DNA from: Obrimoposthia wandeli
Lineage: Eukaryota
Direction of reading: 5' to 3'
NCBI GenBank assembly: GCA_977020255.1
Contig: CDROCS010002814.1
Location: 124,001-188,000, forward strand
DNA length: 64,000 nt
The notes beneath the pieces are model-generated. The model did not search any database and had not been told where the DNA came from. It was given only the letters and a program-made list of their open reading frames with translations. The translations under genes and the position numbers were made by a program. This document shows positions 39,846 to 49,978 of the stretch, piece after piece. Position 1 is the first letter of the stretch; each line of letters begins with the position of its first letter.

Positions 39846-40808
39846 ATGAATAACAATGATTTTAATTTCAAACTCGGCTTAACCTTTGCCCTGACCGCAG
39901 TGCTTTTTTGGGGCATGCTACCGATAGCATTAAAGTTATCTGCAGATTTCATTGATCCTGTGACCCTTACTTGGTTTAGGTTTTTTATTGCCTTCCTAGT
40001 GAGTATTGTTTTGCAGAAGCTATCGGGAAAACTCGCTCAATTCAAAACGTTAGTCAAGCGAGATTGGTTCAAGCTGACCTTGGCTGCCGCTTGCTCTTTA
40101 GCAAACTATATTTCATTTGTTTACTGTCTCGATTATTTAAAGCCGGGTCCTGCACAGCTTAATTTTCAAACAGCTCCTTTCTTTTTGGCCTTTGGTGGCG
40201 TGATATTCTTTAAAGAGCGTTTAAGTGTGCTACAAATGACCTGTTTTGCGACTTTAGCGCTTGGTATGTTGTTATTTTTTCATCCCTATTTAGCATTACC
40301 TGAAGCGGAGGGGAACCAGGTTTGGATTGGTATTTTATTAGTGCAGTTTTCGGCGCTTTCTTGGGTTTGTTATGCTCTGATTCAAAAGGCATTAATTAGT
40401 AAGCTGAGCCCCGGTAATGTGCTGTTATATATTTATGGTTCGGGCCTAGTTATGATGGCACCTTTTAGTGATTTTGAATATTTGATGCAAATGCACGGCA
40501 CACAATGGGCGGTTGCTCTATTTTGTGCTTTTAATACCATCGTTGCCTATGGCTGTTTTGGGCAGGCAATGAAGTATTGGCCAACGGCGCAGGTTGGCGC
40601 TATGGTTGCTTTAGCACCTGTTTTTAGCTTTGCATTTACCGCTTTAGTAGTGTCTTTAGGTTGGTGGAGCGAGTTAATCACCGCTAATGAAATTACTTTT
40701 TATGCCGCTTTAGGCATATTCTTAATCGTGGCGTCAGTGTTTGCAGTGCAGTTGTTTCCACTTTTAAAAAGAAAAGCGAATCAGTTGAAAATGAGAACTA
40801 AATCTTAA
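39846..40808 (+). CDS. EamA/DMT family transporter
   Basis: Ten TM segments in two repeats; FWGMLPIALK. Confidence 0.9.
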   Translation: MNNNDFNFKLGLTFALTAVLFWGMLPIALKLSADFIDPVTLTWFRFFIAFLVSIVLQKLSGKLAQFKTLVKRDWFKLTLAAACSLANYISFVYCLDYLKPGPAQLNFQTAPFFLAFGGVIFFKERLSVLQMTCFATLALGMLLFFHPYLALPEAEGNQVWIGILLVQFSALSWVCYALIQKALISKLSPGNVLLYIYGSGLVMMAPFSDFEYLMQMHGTQWAVALFCAFNTIVAYGCFGQAMKYWPTAQVGAMVALAPVFSFAFTALVVSLGWWSELITANEITFYAALGIFLIVASVFAVQLFPLLKRKANQLKMRTKS

Positions 40809-41218
40809 CCGTTTAACTGCTTTCATTTTTCCACTAAGTTTGTTTTTTATCGGTAGCTTATTATTTGCCTGCCTAAAAAAAGCTGAGCCACTTCTGGATT
40901 TAAACAAAAGTGTCCATCAAGGCGGGATGGTTTAGCGCAGTATGTAACAGTATCGGAAAGTGGCAGTAGTTTGGTAATATTATTAGCGTAATTAGCAGAT
41001 AACAGCACCACTACTTGATAGTGCGTCACCTAATCAATTCATGTGGTATGGCGTACTTTATTGAATACTATCAACCTAATGAGGTAATGAGGTAATGGCG
41101 CTATATATGATAATGAAGGTCAATTTATAAACATGCGAGTCAGCTACGTAGAGCTTAAATTCAATTGAATAACTATCAGCTACTAGAATTAAGTTTAGCT
41201 TGAAAATCAATCAATAAA

Positions 41219-41911
41219 ATGGAAAAGGAGATTACTATATATACCTTATATTGGGATAAAGGTGGCGCTAATATGGCTACTCATGCAGTACTTGAAGCCT
41301 TAGGTATAGAATATAAGTTGGTTGAAATAGACTTAAGTAAAGGTGAACAAAAATCCGCTGACTATTTGAAGATTAACCCAAATGGAAAGGTGCCCACGTT
41401 AGTGCATGATCAGCATGTGATTTATGAATCGGCGGCGATTTTACTTTACCTGTTAGATCAATATCCAAAATCCAGTCTAGCGCCTGCTATCCATAACGCT
41501 AAACGTGGCCATTATTATCAATATATGTTTTGGATGTCGAGCACTCTACAGGAGGCAGCGAATCGTTGGGCACATCCTGAATTTTATCTTGCTGAGGTAT
41601 TCGCTGAGCACCAGCAAGATCATGCAGGGGACATACAATCGAGCCTTGATTTAATTGTTGAAAAAGCAACTCAAGAGCTAATGCGTTGCTGGGAAATTTT
41701 AGAGGCAGGCCTAGCTAAAAATGGACCTTGGCTTTTGGGTGATCTATTAAGTGGTGCGGATTATCATCTATTTATGCTGACCTATTGGAGTCGACAATAC
41801 GGCAGCCGAGCCCAAGATTTTCCTCATTTAAACGCGCATATCAAGGCTATGCTAAGTCTCGAATCAATCCAAACTATGATGCAACAAGAAGAACTTACGT
41901 TTGATCTTTAA
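41219..41911 (+). CDS. Glutathione S-transferase family protein
   Basis: INPNGKVPTL, IYESAAILLYL, WLLGD..SGAD. Confidence 0.92.
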   Translation: MEKEITIYTLYWDKGGANMATHAVLEALGIEYKLVEIDLSKGEQKSADYLKINPNGKVPTLVHDQHVIYESAAILLYLLDQYPKSSLAPAIHNAKRGHYYQYMFWMSSTLQEAANRWAHPEFYLAEVFAEHQQDHAGDIQSSLDLIVEKATQELMRCWEILEAGLAKNGPWLLGDLLSGADYHLFMLTYWSRQYGSRAQDFPHLNAHIKAMLSLESIQTMMQQEELTFDL

Positions 41912-41919
41912 AGGGTTGC

Positions 41920-43068
41920 TCACCAAGTACTTTTGTATTTCTCAACAAACCTAATCAGCGCATCTAGCCTAGTCGGCATGACTTTTTCACCAAAGCCTAT
42001 GCGAAAATAGTTTTCATACTCTTGCACATCATCGGTAAAGCAGTAAGTTGGTTTTATCGAAATACCTTCTTTCATCAGCTTGTCGCCAAGCGCTAGTGAG
42101 GTGAGGGGGCCCTTGAATTTTACAAATGCAACAGTGCCGGCAGTCGGTCGCACCCATTCAAATAGATCGCTGTATCGCCCGATAAACTGATTAAGTAGCT
42201 GAATATTCGTTTGAATAATTTCTAAATTTCGCTTTAAAATAATATCACTGGCTCGCAGAGTCATTATTGCTTGTATTTCACTCGCTCTGCTTGGGCATGC
42301 CGTTCCAAAATATTGCACATCAACAAGTTTTTGTTTGAGTTCTAAATTTTGTATTGCAAGCCAACCGATTGAGATACCACAGCCGCCCCAAGGTTTCGAA
42401 ATGGCACCTGCACTGATACCGTTTTCATATAATTCAGCCATTGCAGGCAGTGTATCGTCTTTGCTGTGTTCTAGTAATCGATAAGCTTCATCAGATAATA
42501 TTGTGATGTTGTGTTTGCGCGCTATTGCTACTAATGCTCGCTGGACGCTAGATTTCATTACCGTGCCAGCAGGACTGTAAGGTTCGTTGAGTACGATATA
42601 GCAGGTATTCCCCTTGATTGCTTGTTCAACTTCAAGCGGGTCAATTTGCCATTGGTTTTTGGCATACAGTTTGATTTTGGTTATTTCGCTAAGCGCGTGT
42701 TCTGGCGCTTGCTGCACAGATTGATAACCGGGCGTAAAAACGATGCTATGGCTATCACTATCAAGTACTGCATAAGCCGCTGTTTGCAAAGCAGCTTGGC
42801 AGCCGGCAAATATCAGTATGTTCTCAGCGCTTATGCGAGTGCCATAAAGGCTAGCCACTGCTTCACGAAGATCTAAGCTGCCACCGTTGGGTGTGTAATC
42901 CAGCGCGTGGTTATAGTATTCATCAATTATCTGCTCATCACCCCTTGCCAATGCATAGCCGATTAACTCTTTGGTGGTGAGAGGTTCGGTAAAGGAGTTG
43001 GAGAAACTGTATCGCACACTATGCATGTCTTTCTTGTGTTTCTTCGACCACGGCTCTTTATACATCAT
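41920..43068 (-). CDS. Class I/II PLP-dependent aminotransferase-fold enzyme
   Basis: Y...GG..DLREA, NEPYSPAG, SDEAYR, SKPWG (PLP Lys), FRIGFG. Confidence 0.85.
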   Translation of the reverse strand: MMYKEPWSKKHKKDMHSVRYSFSNSFTEPLTTKELIGYALARGDEQIIDEYYNHALDYTPNGGSLDLREAVASLYGTRISAENILIFAGCQAALQTAAYAVLDSDSHSIVFTPGYQSVQQAPEHALSEITKIKLYAKNQWQIDPLEVEQAIKGNTCYIVLNEPYSPAGTVMKSSVQRALVAIARKHNITILSDEAYRLLEHSKDDTLPAMAELYENGISAGAISKPWGGCGISIGWLAIQNLELKQKLVDVQYFGTACPSRASEIQAIMTLRASDIILKRNLEIIQTNIQLLNQFIGRYSDLFEWVRPTAGTVAFVKFKGPLTSLALGDKLMKEGISIKPTYCFTDDVQEYENYFRIGFGEKVMPTRLDALIRFVEKYKSTW

Positions 43069-43399
43069 TTAAGTGTTACTCGCTGTTAAGTATTTAGCCT
43101 CGGTGCTTATGAGGGGGAAATTGGGTTTACCTAATCCTTGTCATATCAATACAGATGGGCGTTAGTAGCATCCAATAACGAAACTTACCATCAGCTGGAA
43201 AATCTTAGTTTTTGGCCATTAACAAAGTCGTTTCATGCCTACTTATCTATTTATAAAATAACGTTTTATCGCTGATACTGTCAACTCAATAGGCTTGGGT
43301 TTACTGCGCTATTTATGGTTTAGCGCTCAAAGTGTTAATCAATAAATTTAATAGTTAGGACCATTGCTGTTCAGTTTAATTCTTATTGCTCAGTAAATC

Positions 43400-44158
43400 A
43401 TGAATGTAGCTAACACAGAGCCTAAAACCGTTATTAGTTTGCAAGATGTTGACAAGTATTTCGGTGAATTTCACGCCTTGAGAAAAATCAATCTAACGGT
43501 GGCTAAAGGTGAGCGTATTGTTATTTGTGGGCCTTCAGTTTCCGGAAAATCAACGCTGATCCGCTGTATCAACCGTTTTTAAGAGCATAACCGTGGCAAA
43601 ACTATCGTTGATGGGCACGGGCTAACGAATTAAGTTAAAAATATTGATGCGGTGCGCCGCGAAGTGGGCATGGTCTTCCAGAACTTCAGCTTGTTTCCTC
43701 ATTTAACCATTGTTGAAAACTTGATGCTAGCGCCTAGGTTAGTGCGAGAAACCGCCAAAGCTGACGCGCGTAAACACGCGATGACATTATTGGAGCGGGT
43801 ACGAATTCCTGAGCAAGCTGATAAATACCCAAGCCAATTATCGGGTGGGCAGCAGCAGTGAGTGGCGATCGCACGAGCACTGTACATGAACCCCGCCATC
43901 ATGTTATTTGATGAGCCCACTTCAGCACTAGATCCAGAGATGATTAATGAAGTATTAGAGGTGATGACCGATTTAGCCAAAGAGGGCATGACGATGATCT
44001 GTGTTACTCATGAGATGGGCTTTGCTCGCTCTGTGGCAGATACTGTGGTGTTTATGGATGCCGGTGAAATAGTGGAGCGCAATACTCCGCAAGAGCTCTT
44101 TAAGAATCCGCAGGAAGAGCGCACTCAAAAGTTTCTTAAGCAAATCTTGTCTCATTAA
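43400..44158 (+). pseudogene. Polar amino-acid ABC transporter ATPase (AapP/GlnQ-like) pseudogene
   Basis: Full length in one frame but with stops at 43580-82 (TAA), 43631-33 (TAA) and 43859-61 (TGA); Walker A altered to GPSVSGKS; LSGGQQQ and [10 protein letters not shown] retained. Confidence 0.92.
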
Positions 44159-44219
44159 TGTTGCCACAACCGTTAACTGGTTTGATCAATAAAGAACATA
44201 TTACATAAGCTGTTTTAGC

Positions 44220-44241
44220 GCGGCATACTAGAGTATGCCGC
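44220..44241. terminator. Hairpin between convergent genes
   Basis: GCGGCATAC-TAGA-GTATGCCGC. Confidence 0.55.
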
Positions 44242-44264
44242 TTATCGGTATAATGGAAATATAA

Positions 44265-45278
44265 CTATGTCATGCTAACCACAATACGACCGGTAATTTC
44301 ACCTTGCTGCATATCGCTAAAGATCTCGTTAATCTCTTGTAGTGATTTTAGTTCTACCGTTGCTTGTACTTTTCCGGTTGCCGCAAATTCAAGGCATTCG
44401 ATTAAATCTTTGCGGGTGCCAACAATAGAGCCAACTAACTTAACACCGTTAAGTACCGTATCGAAGATAGGTAATGGCATGTCTTCTGGAGGTAACCCAA
44501 CTAAGGCAAATGTACCGCCTCTTCGTAATGAATAATAAGCTTCTGTAAAAGCTTGTTTTGAAACAGCAGTACAAATCACTCCATGGGTACCTCCCACCAG
44601 TGCTTGAATCTTTGTTGAAGGTTTATCTTTTAAATAATCAACGCAGTACTCAGCACCGAGTGCTTTGGCTAAGGCCATTTTCTTAGCGCCGGTATCAACC
44701 GCGATCACTCGCATACCCATGGCAATTGCATATTGAATCGCTAAATGACCTAAACCGCCTACGCCTACAATGGTGACCCATTGGCCAGGTTTAACTTCAC
44801 TTACTTTGAGTGCTTTATAAGTGGTGACACCTGCACAAAATAATGGTGCTGCATCTACATAGCTTATTGAATCGGGGATTTTTACCACATACTCCCCATG
44901 TGCTAGGCAATACTCAGCAAACGAACCATCCATTGAATAGCCGGTATTTTGTTGTTCAAGGCATAATGTTTCCTGTCCATCCAGGCAATACTCACATTGG
45001 CCACAAGCAGAGTACAGCCAAGGGATGCCCACTCTATCGCCAATCGCTAAATGATGGATTTCGGAACCCAAGCTAACAATTTCACCGACGCCTTCATGGC
45101 CAGGTACAAGGGGTAGTTTAGGTTTTACAGGCCAGTCTCCATGACAAGCATGTAAATCGGTATGGCATACGCCACAGGCATGAATCTTGACGAGTACATC
45201 TTTTGGGCCAACTTTAGGTATCGGTAACTCTTGTATGGTTAGTTCGCTTTTGAATTCATTGACCACTGCTGCTTTCAT
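44265..45278 (-). CDS. adhP: Zn-dependent alcohol dehydrogenase (AdhP type)
   Basis: CGVCHTD, GHEGVG, CGQCEYC...C, GVGGLG. Confidence 0.92.
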   Translation of the reverse strand: MKAAVVNEFKSELTIQELPIPKVGPKDVLVKIHACGVCHTDLHACHGDWPVKPKLPLVPGHEGVGEIVSLGSEIHHLAIGDRVGIPWLYSACGQCEYCLDGQETLCLEQQNTGYSMDGSFAEYCLAHGEYVVKIPDSISYVDAAPLFCAGVTTYKALKVSEVKPGQWVTIVGVGGLGHLAIQYAIAMGMRVIAVDTGAKKMALAKALGAEYCVDYLKDKPSTKIQALVGGTHGVICTAVSKQAFTEAYYSLRRGGTFALVGLPPEDMPLPIFDTVLNGVKLVGSIVGTRKDLIECLEFAATGKVQATVELKSLQEINEIFSDMQQGEITGRIVVSMT

Positions 45279-45339
45279 TTTTCATCTCCAATTTACGTGT
45301 TTTCTAAGTTAATAATGCGCTTATTCGGTTACTAAGATA

Positions 45340-45353
45340 TTGCGTTAAATCAA
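45340..45353 (-). promoter_or_regulatory. Possible FNR box upstream of adhP
   Basis: Minus strand TTGAT-TTAA-CGCAA, 8/10 match to TTGAT-N4-ATCAA, 62-75 bp upstream of the start. Confidence 0.45.
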
Positions 45354-45785
45354 ATAATTGAATGTTTGGAAGGATGATATTGAAGGTTTTTTGGCAGCTT
45401 TTACAAAGCTATTTATAAATGCTCTCTAGTGATAAGTACACAATATAAGGCTGAAAATAAAATAGAAATAATGATGGTGTTATCGGTAATTAACAGCTAA
45501 TAAATGAAAAGAGGTTTACAAAAGAGATAAAAGGTGTGGCTATGAACACTGGGAGCTAGTTTGGCTCATCATCTATTACCGCATAAACATCAGTGCTATA
45601 CTTCGCCTCATTTTTTATCAACTAGAGAGATCATCATAACGACTGCGCTCAATAATACGGCATTAAAAATAGGCTAAATATCCAATAAGCGGAGCGTACT
45701 GATTCCGCTATTTCAACATTTTGATCCTTGTCTTATTATCGTTTGCTACGTTATACAGAGATCTCAACTAATTATCTGAGCTTTT

Positions 45786-47009
45786 ATGTCACTGTCAAGC
45801 ATGTCATTTTCAAAATTAGGATTGTCTGATCCTATTTTACAAGCCATTGAAGAACAAGGTTATTCTGAACCTTCCGCGATTCAAAAACAAGCTATTCCGA
45901 TTGTTCTTGCTGGTAAAGACTTGATTGCTACCGCGCAAACAGGCACTGGTAAAACCGCAGCTTTTGTGTTGCCTATTTTGGAAAAATTTAATAAAGATCG
46001 CAAGCTTCGCGGTAAGCGCATACGCGCACTCATTATCACGCCAACGCGAGAGTTAGCGGTGCAAATTGCCACGAACGTGGCTGCATTAAGTAAACATTTA
46101 AACTTAAGTTCTATGGCGGTTTATGGCGGTGTTGATACGCAAGAACAAAAGCAGCGCTTAATTGATGGTGCCGATATTTTAGTGGCCACCCCCGGCAGAT
46201 TGCTAGATTTGGCACATCAACGTGCATTGCATTTTGATGAACTTGAAGTGCTGGTATTAGATGAAGCTGACAGAATGGTCGATATGGGCTTTATTGAAGA
46301 TGTTGATAATATTATTGATCGTTTACCCAAGGCGCGGCAGAACCTATTGTTCTCGGCAACCATGAGTGATTATGTGCGTGTGCTGGCTGATCGTTTTGCT
46401 GAGAGCAAAATGGGTGATGCACCTACTGAGATAGCAATTTCGGTAGATGCAAAGAAAGCACCAGCCATTAAACAATGGTTAATTACGGTCGATAAAGACA
46501 CTAAATCTGCGCTGCTAAGCCACTTAATTAATGAGCAAAAATGGGATCAGGCGCTGATCTTTATCGAAAAGAAACACGGTGCAGCCAAGCTTGTTAGTCA
46601 ATTAGAAAAGCGCGGTATTAAAGCAGATTGTATTCATGGCGATAGAAGCCAAGCAATGCGCGATAAAGCACTGGCCGATTTTAAGTCGGGTGAGCTTAAG
46701 TTTTTAGTCGCCACCGGCGTCGCGGCGCGCGGTATCGATATTGGTAAGCTGAGTCGTGTCGTTAATTACGATTTACCTTTTAAGCCTGAAGAGTATATCC
46801 ATCGTATTGGCCGAACAGGGCGAGCAGGGGAAACAGGTGAGGCTATTTCTTTTGTGGCAATGGGGGATTTTAAAAACTTATGTGCGATTGAAAGCCGCTT
46901 AAACAAGTTAATTGATCGACAAGAGATTGACGGTTTTCCGGTTAGAAAAACAGTGCCTATTTCAATTTTGAATTTTGTGCCTAAAAGCAAAACCAGAACA
47001 GAACGCTAA
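45786..47009 (+). CDS. DEAD-box RNA helicase (RhlE-like)
   Basis: Q motif, AQTGTGKT, PTRELA, DEAD, SAT, HRIGRTGRAG. Confidence 0.95.
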   Translation: MSLSSMSFSKLGLSDPILQAIEEQGYSEPSAIQKQAIPIVLAGKDLIATAQTGTGKTAAFVLPILEKFNKDRKLRGKRIRALIITPTRELAVQIATNVAALSKHLNLSSMAVYGGVDTQEQKQRLIDGADILVATPGRLLDLAHQRALHFDELEVLVLDEADRMVDMGFIEDVDNIIDRLPKARQNLLFSATMSDYVRVLADRFAESKMGDAPTEIAISVDAKKAPAIKQWLITVDKDTKSALLSHLINEQKWDQALIFIEKKHGAAKLVSQLEKRGIKADCIHGDRSQAMRDKALADFKSGELKFLVATGVAARGIDIGKLSRVVNYDLPFKPEEYIHRIGRTGRAGETGEAISFVAMGDFKNLCAIESRLNKLIDRQEIDGFPVRKTVPISILNFVPKSKTRTER

Positions 47010-47181
47010 TAAAATTAAGCAGGTTAGCTTAAGTTGACCTGCTACACTTCCTATCTGTAAATATTTCCTCGTATGACAATTCCAATTACAGCATAAATTA
47101 ATTGTTAAGCTGATTAAATACCAACTTATCATCTCTAACATGCTTTCTAACGGCATTAACAGCGCCAGTAATACTTTTACG

Positions 47182-47772
47182 AAATACAATATATACGGCC
47201 CGTGCTATGTTGCTTGAAACTCAACTATTAATTCTTTATCTGCCCTTAAAACCTTGGTGTTTGATCAGCAAGAAGCAGTGGCTACTTTACCAGAGTTATT
47301 AGAATTATTGTGCTGTGATTGGAGTCATAAAATGTCAGAGGTGACTCCAATATTGATGCCTTTGGTAATAATATCATTACAAAAATGGCTGCTTTATCCA
47401 ATAGGATTTTTGCGGGCTTTTGGCACAAACAAAAGCAACAATGCAAAGACTGGCCAATTAAATGGGCTGTTGAGAATTCTCCTTTGGTATTCCAATACAA
47501 TCGTGTATAGGTATCTTTGAAAACGACCTTGAAAAGAGTAGCTAAAATGGTGCTAGCGCTGATGGATGAAGCTGAGACGAATTATCACCAGTGATTTAGG
47601 CTCAATACGAGCGCATATGACAAACCAGTAGTACAATTAATTTTCTGAGCTTAAAACAGTGTTAGCAGAGTTTGAAGGTACAGGCACGGATGCCATGTGT
47701 GATAAACCGCTTACAGATTTTAATATCAGTGAAGGTTTTCTGCTTGATGTTCTAACACAAGTGCTTGCGTAA
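47182..47772 (+). pseudogene. Eroded fragment of a glycyl-radical enzyme (PFL-like family)
   Basis: In-frame KYNIYGPCYVA*NSTINSLSALKTLVFD...TLPELLELLCCDW matches the GRE segment YN..GP....T..DSL.AIK.LVFD; later frames give DAFGN and PLTDFNISEGF; multiple stops and frameshifts. Confidence 0.6.
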
Positions 47773-48405
47773 CTCTCACTTGGCTATTTATCTAATGCAG
47801 TGTGTTTCAGAATTAGTGAATTTATAGTAGCTTTTTATTATCAAGTAGTTAAGAGCATAGGAAAAATCAATGAGTAACCAAGTATTGCCTATAGATGTTT
47901 TAAAAAAATCTAAAGATACAATAATTGATGTAGTTTCAAATTTAGAGCTGCAGCAATTGGTTAACAAAGGCTAATTGGATAGGTGACAGACTGCCTGTTT
48001 GAAGCAGGCGAATATCCCAGCTTAGGCAATTTCCATTCATCAGGCGCAACTCTATGTTCAGCGGGTATGTTGTTGTTTTTGTTTTTGTTTTTTGTTTTCG
48101 GCGATAATGTTAGCCCTATCCCAGCGATAATAGCCGCTTGAATGCTCATAAGTCTTTGCGTTGAAAAGATGATGCGATAAAGGGTTCTTGCTAACCTTTA
48201 GGCGCTAATTGCCAAACCATAACGTATTGCTACTGTGGTTATAGTGCTTATTCAAACTGAGTTATATGAGAGTATTTTACTGCAAAACGCAGTTAATAGT
48301 TTCAGGTACAGCACATTATTATGCTGTCTATCAAGAAGCCTAGGCATTGATAGCCGTATAGGTATGCTTTGAAATGTATAAACAGTAGGCAAGCGGTGGC
48401 TAGTA

Positions 48406-48960
48406 ATGAGGTTTTTATATAGTAAATACTGGAGTGAAGTTTTTGATCCGGCAATGATTGTAAAAACCACGTTGCAAACAATTATTGGTTCAGTATTGAT
48501 AGGCACGTTTTTCATGGTCAGTGCTGATTATATCTTTTCGCCAATCGACATGAATGGCCGTTGGAATTTAACGCTAAAACCCAAAGAGGCTAGCAGTAAA
48601 AATAATCGTTGCGTAAATATTACTTACAGTGTGCTAATAGTACAACATGGTTTAAAGATAGTGGGTGGTGGGGAGAAATCTCGTGACGCCAAATCGCTTG
48701 ATTCTGCTTGTAAGGATCATGACATATATGAAAGAACAATAGCGCCGGGAAAGGGCGAAAGAATCAATATTTCTGGCTTTGTTAAAAATAATTATATAGC
48801 CAAAGATTTGCTTTCTATTTCTTACCAAGAAAGTAAAAACAGCAATTTGAGGTTTACCATGGGTGTTTTAAGCGTAACAGATAATGACGAGATACATGGC
48901 TGGTATAAATCTAATATTAGCCGGGCCAAAGGCGATATTCTGCTGTCTAGGCAGCCATGA
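48406..48960 (+). CDS. Hypothetical single-TM protein with predicted beta-barrel domain
   Basis: TM segment followed by DMNGRW and about eight amphipathic strands. Confidence 0.7.
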   Translation: MRFLYSKYWSEVFDPAMIVKTTLQTIIGSVLIGTFFMVSADYIFSPIDMNGRWNLTLKPKEASSKNNRCVNITYSVLIVQHGLKIVGGGEKSRDAKSLDSACKDHDIYERTIAPGKGERINISGFVKNNYIAKDLLSISYQESKNSNLRFTMGVLSVTDNDEIHGWYKSNISRAKGDILLSRQP

Positions 48961-49043
48961 CTATTGATTTTATGAAGCGTTAGCAAAATCTTAGTGTTTT
49001 GTTCAGCCATTATTAAATGAGCTGCTAGCAATGATATCGTAAG

Positions 49044-49113
49044 ACCTATTACCTATTACCTATTACCTATTACCTATTACCTATTACCTATTACCTATTA
49101 CCTATTACCTACT
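49044..49113. repeat. Tandem heptamer (ACCTATT)x9 plus one variant unit
   Basis: Nine perfect units at 49044-49106, then ACCTACT. Confidence 0.97.
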
Positions 49114-49307
49114 CTATCCACGCTTTAACATAACGATTTAAGGTTTCAGCTTATCGCTATACTTACTATGAAAGCCATTTTAAATTAACACACTGAATAA
49201 GTGCTGAATCACTTTACACTGAATTCATCTATTTATTTTGTACAAATCCGCTTAATATTGGTGATTATTAACAGTGGTAAATAAAATTTTTTATGCAAAG
49301 GTAGCTT

Positions 49308-49913
49308 ATGTCGATCGAGTTTAGTCAGTTTCTGGGAATACTCCAACAGCAATTACAACAGAGCAACGGTCTTTGTGACAAAGGACGCAGTGCTGCTTTA
49401 GATATAAGTGCCAAGCTCGATACACTCCCAATGATGTCTTCTAGTTTTCAAGAACCGAACTTAACTGTAACTAACCTAGCAAAAAAACTGATTAAGGGTG
49501 CAATTTTCGAAGCAAACTCTGTCAGTGACTACCCTTGTTCTCGGCGAATTCTCGCCAACTATGTCTTACAACTTGCCGATCAATTAAATTGGTATCAAAG
49601 ATGCGATGAAAAAAATCTAGCGTTTAACCAAGGCCATGCTAATGCGCAAATCATTGGCCCAGCGGGTATTTTTTACGATTCAAAGGTAATGGTGGGAGTC
49701 ACGGTTATGCAACCCAAACTGCGCTATCCTAATCATAACCATCCGCCTGAGGAAGTGTATGTTATTTTAAGTGAAGGCATGTGGTGGCAAGAAGGGGGTA
49801 ATTGGTTATCACCGGGAGTGCAAGGTTATTTTTATAACCCAGCCGGGATATCGCATGCGATGCAAGCGTCGCAAAAGCCTTTACTCGCACTGTGGTGTTT
49901 GAACTTACAATGA
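49308..49913 (+). CDS. DMSP-lyase-family cupin (DddL/DddQ-like)
   Basis: GHANAQIIGP, GVTVMQP..RYPNHNHPPEEVY, YNPAGISHAM, PLLALW. Confidence 0.75.
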   Translation: MSIEFSQFLGILQQQLQQSNGLCDKGRSAALDISAKLDTLPMMSSSFQEPNLTVTNLAKKLIKGAIFEANSVSDYPCSRRILANYVLQLADQLNWYQRCDEKNLAFNQGHANAQIIGPAGIFYDSKVMVGVTVMQPKLRYPNHNHPPEEVYVILSEGMWWQEGGNWLSPGVQGYFYNPAGISHAMQASQKPLLALWCLNLQ

Positions 49914-49978
49914 AAAGCGCTCTTTACTTGCCAATAAAGTTTTGTAAGAGCATTGCAGATCGGACTATGTTTGAACTT

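Noticed and set aside
43362-43379. Solo sequence resembling the MITE TIR (CATTGCTGTTCAGTTTAA, 15/18)
   Set aside because: No partner TIR, internal similarity or target duplication; could be chance.
43400-44158. Stop-codon readthrough or an alternative genetic code in the ABC ATPase
   Set aside because: Both TAA and TGA are involved, both end normal genes in this window, and Walker A is also mutated.
47961-48149. 62-aa ORF with an N/K-rich stretch
   Set aside because: The stretch arises from a low-complexity GTTTTT run; no recognisable family.
24632-49113. CRISPR array
   Set aside because: The repeats are contiguous 6-7-bp units without spacers, and no cas genes are present.
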